Shown here piece after piece: positions 58,760-64,000 of a DNA stretch of 64,000 nucleotides (positions are counted from its first letter, which is position 1; each line of letters begins with the position of its first letter). Source of the DNA: an uncultured delta proteobacterium. GTDB lineage: Bacteria; Desulfobacterota; Binatia; Binatales; Binataceae. Below the pieces are notes generated by a model. It saw only the letters and a list, made by a program, of their open reading frames with translations, was not told the DNA's origin and did not search any database. The stretch spans positions 1,056,001 through 1,120,000 of the forward strand of contig CAWCDG010000004.1 of NCBI GenBank assembly GCA_963794325.1, read 5' to 3'. A program made the position numbers and the translations under genes.

Positions 58760-59938
58760 ATGGCAGATAACAAGCGACTGAGGGTTGGGATTTTGTTTGG
58801 GGGGCGGTCGGGCGAGCATGAGATTTCGCTGCGGTCGGCTCTGACTGTGATGTCGGCGATGGATCCGGCGAAGTACGAGATCGTTCCGGTTGGGATTGGG
58901 CGTGATGGGCGATGGTATCTCGAGCGCAACGCGCTGAAGCTGCTGGCTGAGAAGACGTCGCATCTTGCGGCACTCAGTGAGGGAGGCACGCAGGTTACGT
59001 TGTTGCCGCATCCGGAGGGGCAAGCCCTCGTGGCGACGCCGACCGATGGCGCGCGCGGCGATGTGACGCGCGCGCAAGATGCGATTCCTGGGCTCGACGT
59101 GGTGTTCCCGGTTTTGCACGGCACTTATGGCGAGGATGGGACGGTGCAGGGGCTGCTCGAGCTGGCGGGGATTGCGTACGTCGGCGCGGGCGTGCTCGGC
59201 TCGGCGATCGGGATGGACAAGGACGCGCAGAAGCGGCTGCTGCGCGATGCGAACGTCGCCGTCGTGAAATATTTTGCGATCGAGCGCGCGGATTACCACG
59301 AGACGCCGGAGCTCGGAGCGCGGCTCGCGCGCAAACTTGGGTATCCGGTGTTCGTCAAGCCTAACGCGCTCGGATCGTCAATCGGAATCAGCAAGGTGAA
59401 GCGCGCCGCCGATCTCAATGCCGCGCTCGACGACGCATTTCAATACGATCGCAAGGCGCTGATCGAGGCGTCATGCGAGGGCCGCGAGTTCGAGGTCGCG
59501 GTGCTCGGCAACGATCGTCCCGAGGCGTCGATTCCCGGCGAAGTGTTGGTCACGGGTGCGCATGACTTTTACGATTACGAATCGAAGTACGTCGATCCGG
59601 AGGGATCCGCGACGAAAATTCCGGCCGAGTTGCCTGCTGCGAAGGCGAAGAAGTTGAGCGCGATGGCGGTGGCGGCTTTCAAGGCATTGTCGCTGCGCGG
59701 GATGGCGCGGGTCGATTTTCTCGCGAGTCGCGACTTGCGCGAGATCTACGTCAACGAGGTGAATACGATTCCAGGTTTCACTTCGATCAGCATGTATCCG
59801 AAGCTGTGGGAGGCGTCGGGGCTGCCGCTGCCCAAGCTGATCGATCGGCTGATCGAGTTGGCGTTGGAGGAGCATCGCGAGCGCGAGTCGCTCAAGATTA
59901 CCTATCAGCCAAAGTCTCTCGCGAAGCCTGGTAGATGA
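58760..59938 (+). CDS. ddl: D-alanine--D-alanine ligase
   Basis: FGGRSGEHEISL, LHG.YGEDG, GSS, YDYESKY, NEVNTIPG. Confidence 0.97.
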   Translation: MADNKRLRVGILFGGRSGEHEISLRSALTVMSAMDPAKYEIVPVGIGRDGRWYLERNALKLLAEKTSHLAALSEGGTQVTLLPHPEGQALVATPTDGARGDVTRAQDAIPGLDVVFPVLHGTYGEDGTVQGLLELAGIAYVGAGVLGSAIGMDKDAQKRLLRDANVAVVKYFAIERADYHETPELGARLARKLGYPVFVKPNALGSSIGISKVKRAADLNAALDDAFQYDRKALIEASCEGREFEVAVLGNDRPEASIPGEVLVTGAHDFYDYESKYVDPEGSATKIPAELPAAKAKKLSAMAVAAFKALSLRGMARVDFLASRDLREIYVNEVNTIPGFTSISMYPKLWEASGLPLPKLIDRLIELALEEHRERESLKITYQPKSLAKPGR

Positions 59939-59942
59939 CCCG

Positions 59943-60581
59943 ATGCGGCGGCTGCTGATTGCGACTACGAATCGAGCGAAGCTTGCCGAGTATCGATTGA
60001 TCCTGCGCGATGTCGGAATCGAGCTCGAACTCGTATCGCTGGCGGATGTCGGAATTTCCGATAGTCCCGAGGAGACGGGGGCGACCTTCACCGAGAATGC
60101 GTTGATCAAGGCGCGGTTCTACTTCGAGCGCGCGCGAATTGCGACGTTGGCCGACGACGGCGGCCTCGAAATCGACGCGCTTGGCGGAGAGCCGGGAATA
60201 AGGTCGCATCGATGGCTCGGGTCGGGGCGCGAGGATTCCGACGAGGCGCTGGTCGCGGAAGTTATTCGCCGGATGAAGGGCGTCGAGGCGGCGCGGCGGA
60301 CGGCGCGAATTCGCGCGACGCTTGCGCTGATCCATGATGCGCGCGGCGTGATACGCGAGAAGACCGCGGAAGGCGCGATCGAGGGCGTGATCGCGGAGCG
60401 CGCGTATCCTGTAATTCGTGCGGGGTTTCCGTATCGTGCGGTGCTGGTTATTCCCGGGCGCAACTGTTATCTGGGCGAACTCGGCGACCAGGAAGAGGCG
60501 CAAATCAGCCACCGCCGGATTGCGCTGCTCAGCCTGAGCGATGAGCTGGAGCGGATAGCCGCAGGCCTCGCCGCGGGCTAA
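59943..60581 (+). CDS. rdgB: Non-canonical purine NTP pyrophosphatase (RdgB/HAM1)
   Basis: ATTN..K, ETG.TF.ENA..KA, ADDGGL, ISHR. Confidence 0.85.
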   Translation: MRRLLIATTNRAKLAEYRLILRDVGIELELVSLADVGISDSPEETGATFTENALIKARFYFERARIATLADDGGLEIDALGGEPGIRSHRWLGSGREDSDEALVAEVIRRMKGVEAARRTARIRATLALIHDARGVIREKTAEGAIEGVIAERAYPVIRAGFPYRAVLVIPGRNCYLGELGDQEEAQISHRRIALLSLSDELERIAAGLAAG

Positions 60582-60596
60582 GATCGCGACGCAAAG

Positions 60597-61769
60597 GTGA
60601 ATCACAAGCGCAAGGGCAAAATCGTCGTGCTGCATCTGGCGGCGCGGTACCCGTTTGCCGGGGTGATCTGGCAATTGATGCATCACCTGATCGGGTTCAG
60701 ACAACTTGGCTTCGATGTCTATTACATCGAGGATCACCGGGCGTACGTTTACGATCCGACGATCGAGAGCACCAACACGGATCCATCGCGCAATCTGAAG
60801 GTGCTGGGCGGCGTGCTCGAGCGCTACGGTTTCGGCGACCGGTGGGCGTTCTTCGATTCGGTGAAGGATGAGTACGTCGGGATGCCGCGCGAGCGATGTA
60901 TCGAGTTGATTCGCGACGCCGATGCCGTGATCAATCTCTGCGGCGCGACCGAACCGCGCGAGGAGCACGAGCGCAGCCGATGCCTAGTGTATCTCGAGAC
61001 CGACCCCGGAGTGGTGCAGCTCGAGCTGGCGCGCAAGATTCCGACCAGCGTGGCGTTTGTCAAATCACACAAATTGCTTTTCACGTACTGCTACAATATC
61101 GGCGCGCCGGATTGCCTGCTGCCGACTGCCGGTTTCGATTGGCATCCGACGCGTCCGCCGGTGAATCTCGAGGAATGGCATCCGGGGGTTGGGCCTGCGG
61201 AACCAGTGGCGTTTACGACCGTTGGCACGTGGCAGAATAACGGCAACGACATGGAAATTGCGGGCGAGACGTACTACTGGTCGAAGCATCTGAATTTCCG
61301 CAAGATGCTCGAGGTCGCATCGCGCGCCAATCAGCCAATCGAGCTCGCGACCAATTTGAGCAGCGGAACAGACTACGATCGTGCGATTGCCGGTGGATTC
61401 ACGATTACCCCGGTGGTGCCGATGTCACTGGATATTGACAGGTATCGCGAGTACGTCAGCCGGTCGCGCGGCGAGTTCACGGTCGCGAAGGACATTTATG
61501 TTCGGCCGCGCACCGGATGGTTCAGCGATCGCACGGTCTGCTACCTGGCCGCGGGACGTCCGGTCGTCACGCAGCGGACCGGGTTTGAGAAATTCATTCC
61601 GACCGGCACCGGGCTGCTCGGATTCGATACGCCTGACGAAGCCGTCGATGCGATCGCGCAAATCAACGGCGACTATCCGCGTCATGCCCGGGTCGCGCGC
61701 GAAATAGCCCAAGAGTTTTTCAATCCGGCGAAACTGCTCGACGAAATCGCGGTGGCGGCGGGGATCTGA
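60597..61769 (+). CDS. Putative GT-B glycosyltransferase-like protein
   Basis: GF..LG.DVYYIED, GWFSDR..CYLAAGRPVVTQ.TG. Confidence 0.65.
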   Translation: MNHKRKGKIVVLHLAARYPFAGVIWQLMHHLIGFRQLGFDVYYIEDHRAYVYDPTIESTNTDPSRNLKVLGGVLERYGFGDRWAFFDSVKDEYVGMPRERCIELIRDADAVINLCGATEPREEHERSRCLVYLETDPGVVQLELARKIPTSVAFVKSHKLLFTYCYNIGAPDCLLPTAGFDWHPTRPPVNLEEWHPGVGPAEPVAFTTVGTWQNNGNDMEIAGETYYWSKHLNFRKMLEVASRANQPIELATNLSSGTDYDRAIAGGFTITPVVPMSLDIDRYREYVSRSRGEFTVAKDIYVRPRTGWFSDRTVCYLAAGRPVVTQRTGFEKFIPTGTGLLGFDTPDEAVDAIAQINGDYPRHARVAREIAQEFFNPAKLLDEIAVAAGI

Positions 61770-61772
61770 ACG

Positions 61773-63278
61773 ATGGCCGCGACGCCGCTTCAGCAGATGC
61801 TGCAAATTGACGTGCTCTCGCGCGACGTCCGCACGCTGTTCGAAAGCGTGCTGGTGCTGATCGGCTTGATGGGCGCGTTCGCCGTGCGCCGGCGCAAGCG
61901 CGCGGTAACTGCCACGACATTCCTGCTGCTGTCGGGCGGCGCGCTGATCGACGCGGGCGCGCGCTTCATCCCCAACGAGCTGGTCGGACAGAAAGTTGCG
62001 GTCGCGGGCTGCGTACTTTTCCTGTTCGGCTTGATTCGCCTCGTGCTCGAATTCGTCGACTCGATCACGCGCCGCGGCAAGGTCCACTTCTCGAGCATCT
62101 TCAAAGAACTGATAATGCTGGTGTTGTGGTTCGTGGTTGTGATGGTGGTTCTGTACACCGATTTCGGGGTGCAGCCGCTTTCGATCCTGACCACTACGAC
62201 GGTCTTCGCGGCGGTGCTCGGATTTGCGCTGCAGGAGACGCTGGGCAACGTTTTCAGCGGTCTGTCACTTTCGATAGGGCGCCCGTTCGAGCCGGGCGAC
62301 TGGATTCGCAGCGGCACGCACGTCGGGCAGGTCAAGGGAATCGCGTGGCGCGCCACGACTATCGTTACGCGCGCCAACGAGCGGCTCGAGATACCCAACT
62401 CGGTGATTGCCAAGGAGACGCTGTACAACTACGCGACCGGCTACGTCCGCGACGAAATAACCGTTGGGATCAGCTACGGCGTGCCGCCCAATCATGTGCG
62501 CGAGGTCGTACTCACTCTGCTGCGCGACGTGCCGCAGGTGCTGCACGATCCGCCGCCGGAAGTTCTGGCCTGGGACTATTCCGATTTCTCGATCCAGTAT
62601 CGAATCAAGTACGCGATCGTTGATTACGGCGCGCAGGAGCACGTGCGCGATCGGGTCGCGTCGAGTCTGTGGTATGCGCTCCGGCGGCATTCGATCGAGA
62701 TTCCGTTCCCGACCCGCACCGTCCATGTGCGCGACGCGGGCCGCGATGAAGACGAGAAGGCCGACGCGCAGTTCGAGCGCGAGCTGATGGTCGACCTGCG
62801 CCAGGTCGATTGGCTGCGCGGCCTCAGCGACGACGAACTTCGCTTGCTGGTGCCGACCGTCTCGGTGCGCCAGTTTGGCGCGGGCGAGATGCTGGTGCGC
62901 ATCGGCGAACCTGGCGAGTCGATGTTCATCGTGCGCAGCGGGAAGGCCGAAGTCCTCGGTCGCACCGCCGACGGCGAAATTCGCCACCTTGCCGAGATTG
63001 GCCGCGGCGTGGTCACCGGCGAGATGGCGCTGATGACCGGCGAACCGCGCAACGCAAATGTGCGCGCGATCACCGATCTGGAAGTGATCGAGATGGACCG
63101 CGAGGGATTCACCCGCCTGTTCAAGGAGCATCCCGACGCGGCCGCCAGCATTGGCGATATTATAACCGCGCGAAACCGGGAGCGGCTGGAAAAGCTTGCA
63201 TCCGGCGACACTCTCGACGGCAAAGGCGGCCCGCATCGATGGCTGATCAACAAGATGCGCGAGCTGTTCGATTTCTGA
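61773..63278 (+). CDS. MscS family mechanosensitive channel with C-terminal cNMP-binding domain
   Basis: GFALQETLGN.FSG, PF..GDWI, IPFP; GEMALMTGEPRNANV. Confidence 0.92.
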   Translation: MAATPLQQMLQIDVLSRDVRTLFESVLVLIGLMGAFAVRRRKRAVTATTFLLLSGGALIDAGARFIPNELVGQKVAVAGCVLFLFGLIRLVLEFVDSITRRGKVHFSSIFKELIMLVLWFVVVMVVLYTDFGVQPLSILTTTTVFAAVLGFALQETLGNVFSGLSLSIGRPFEPGDWIRSGTHVGQVKGIAWRATTIVTRANERLEIPNSVIAKETLYNYATGYVRDEITVGISYGVPPNHVREVVLTLLRDVPQVLHDPPPEVLAWDYSDFSIQYRIKYAIVDYGAQEHVRDRVASSLWYALRRHSIEIPFPTRTVHVRDAGRDEDEKADAQFERELMVDLRQVDWLRGLSDDELRLLVPTVSVRQFGAGEMLVRIGEPGESMFIVRSGKAEVLGRTADGEIRHLAEIGRGVVTGEMALMTGEPRNANVRAITDLEVIEMDREGFTRLFKEHPDAAASIGDIITARNRERLEKLASGDTLDGKGGPHRWLINKMRELFDF

Positions 63279-63284
63279 TCAGCG

Positions 63285-64000
63285 TCACGCGATCGCAGAC
63301 AGCGCGACTTGAAGCTCGCGGAGATTTCGCGACGGCACCAGCATCTTCACTTCGCGAGCGTACTGTTTGATCGCACTGTCGCCGGTGCCCCATCGCGCAG
63401 GATCTTCGGGATTCAGCCAGATTACGGCGCGGCAGGTGCGCGCGATTTCGCGAACTACATCGGCGCGCGCGGGCAGGCGATTGTTGCGGCCGTCGCCCAT
63501 GATAACGACGATGGTGCTGCGGGTCAGCAATCCGGTTCGGCGCTGCCACAGCTCGCCAAGCACGCGGCCGAAATCCGATCGCGCGTACAAGTCGAGCGCG
63601 GGGGTCATCACCAGATGGCCATCCTCGAAATCCGCTTCCGCCAGATGGTCGACGTACACGAAACTGCTGACGCGGCGGAAGCATTCGCGCGCGCCCGCTA
63701 TCAATTCGAGCATCAACTGCGCGGCGTAGCGGACTGAACCGGAGATATCGGCAAGGATTACGAGATCGACGTGGCGCGGACGGCGCGAGCGGAAGTTCAG
63801 ATCGATCATCGCACCGCCGCGCTGCATCGCCGCGCGAATCGTGCGACGAAAATCGATTCGGCCGGTCTTGGCGAGACGCAGCCGGCGTCCGAGCCGAATC
63901 CGGAAACGGCGAATCAGTGGCGCGAGCGCGTCGCGCGCCTCGTCGTAGTCAAGGTCGGAGAAATTGTCGAACGGCCTCCGCTCGATCGCGCGGAGTCGCG
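63285..64000 (-). CDS. VWA domain CoxE-like protein (5' end outside window)
   Basis: DISGSV MIDAS, GDGRNN, WLNPE; frame open to the window end. Confidence 0.85.
   Translation of the reverse strand, partial: RLRAIERRPFDNFSDLDYDEARDALAPLIRRFRIRLGRRLRLAKTGRIDFRRTIRAAMQRGGAMIDLNFRSRRPRHVDLVILADISGSVRYAAQLMLELIAGARECFRRVSSFVYVDHLAEADFEDGHLVMTPALDLYARSDFGRVLGELWQRRTGLLTRSTIVVIMGDGRNNRLPARADVVREIARTCRAVIWLNPEDPARWGTGDSAIKQYAREVKMLVPSRNLRELQVALSAIA

Overview
High-GC bacterial chromosome segment spanning the probable replication origin (hemL <- oriC-like DNA -> dnaA-dnaN). Gene content and the split F0 operon suggest a deltaproteobacteria-like lineage such as Ca. Binatota; this is inference, not tested. 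Most genes are housekeeping or metabolic: fumC, MCC beta subunit, mutS2, a stand-alone Smr nuclease, atpZ/I/B/E, pstS, UvrD/PcrA, fabI, gloB, hemJ, ftsB, guaB, ddl, rdgB and MscS-cNMP. The window also has the end of a Tad pilus locus, a DUF6516-HTH toxin-antitoxin pair and a three-gene AT-richer islet. The strongest unexplained signal is non-coding. Intergenic spaces are built from several hairpin-repeat families assembled as mosaics. One multi-hairpin element has 9 full or partial copies, shows compensatory base changes in all three stems, usually sits just after stop codons, and brackets the accessory islet in inverted orientation. Other candidates are an attenuator-like guaB leader, a separately transcribed 34-aa Lys-rich peptide with structured UTRs, and a 35-bp duplication of a tadE 3' end around an inserted lipoprotein gene. 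Two genes carry single-base frameshifts that may be sequencing errors. No rRNA, tRNA, CRISPR array, integrase or transposase was recognised. All calls are by eye from the sequence and ORF track; no database searches were run.
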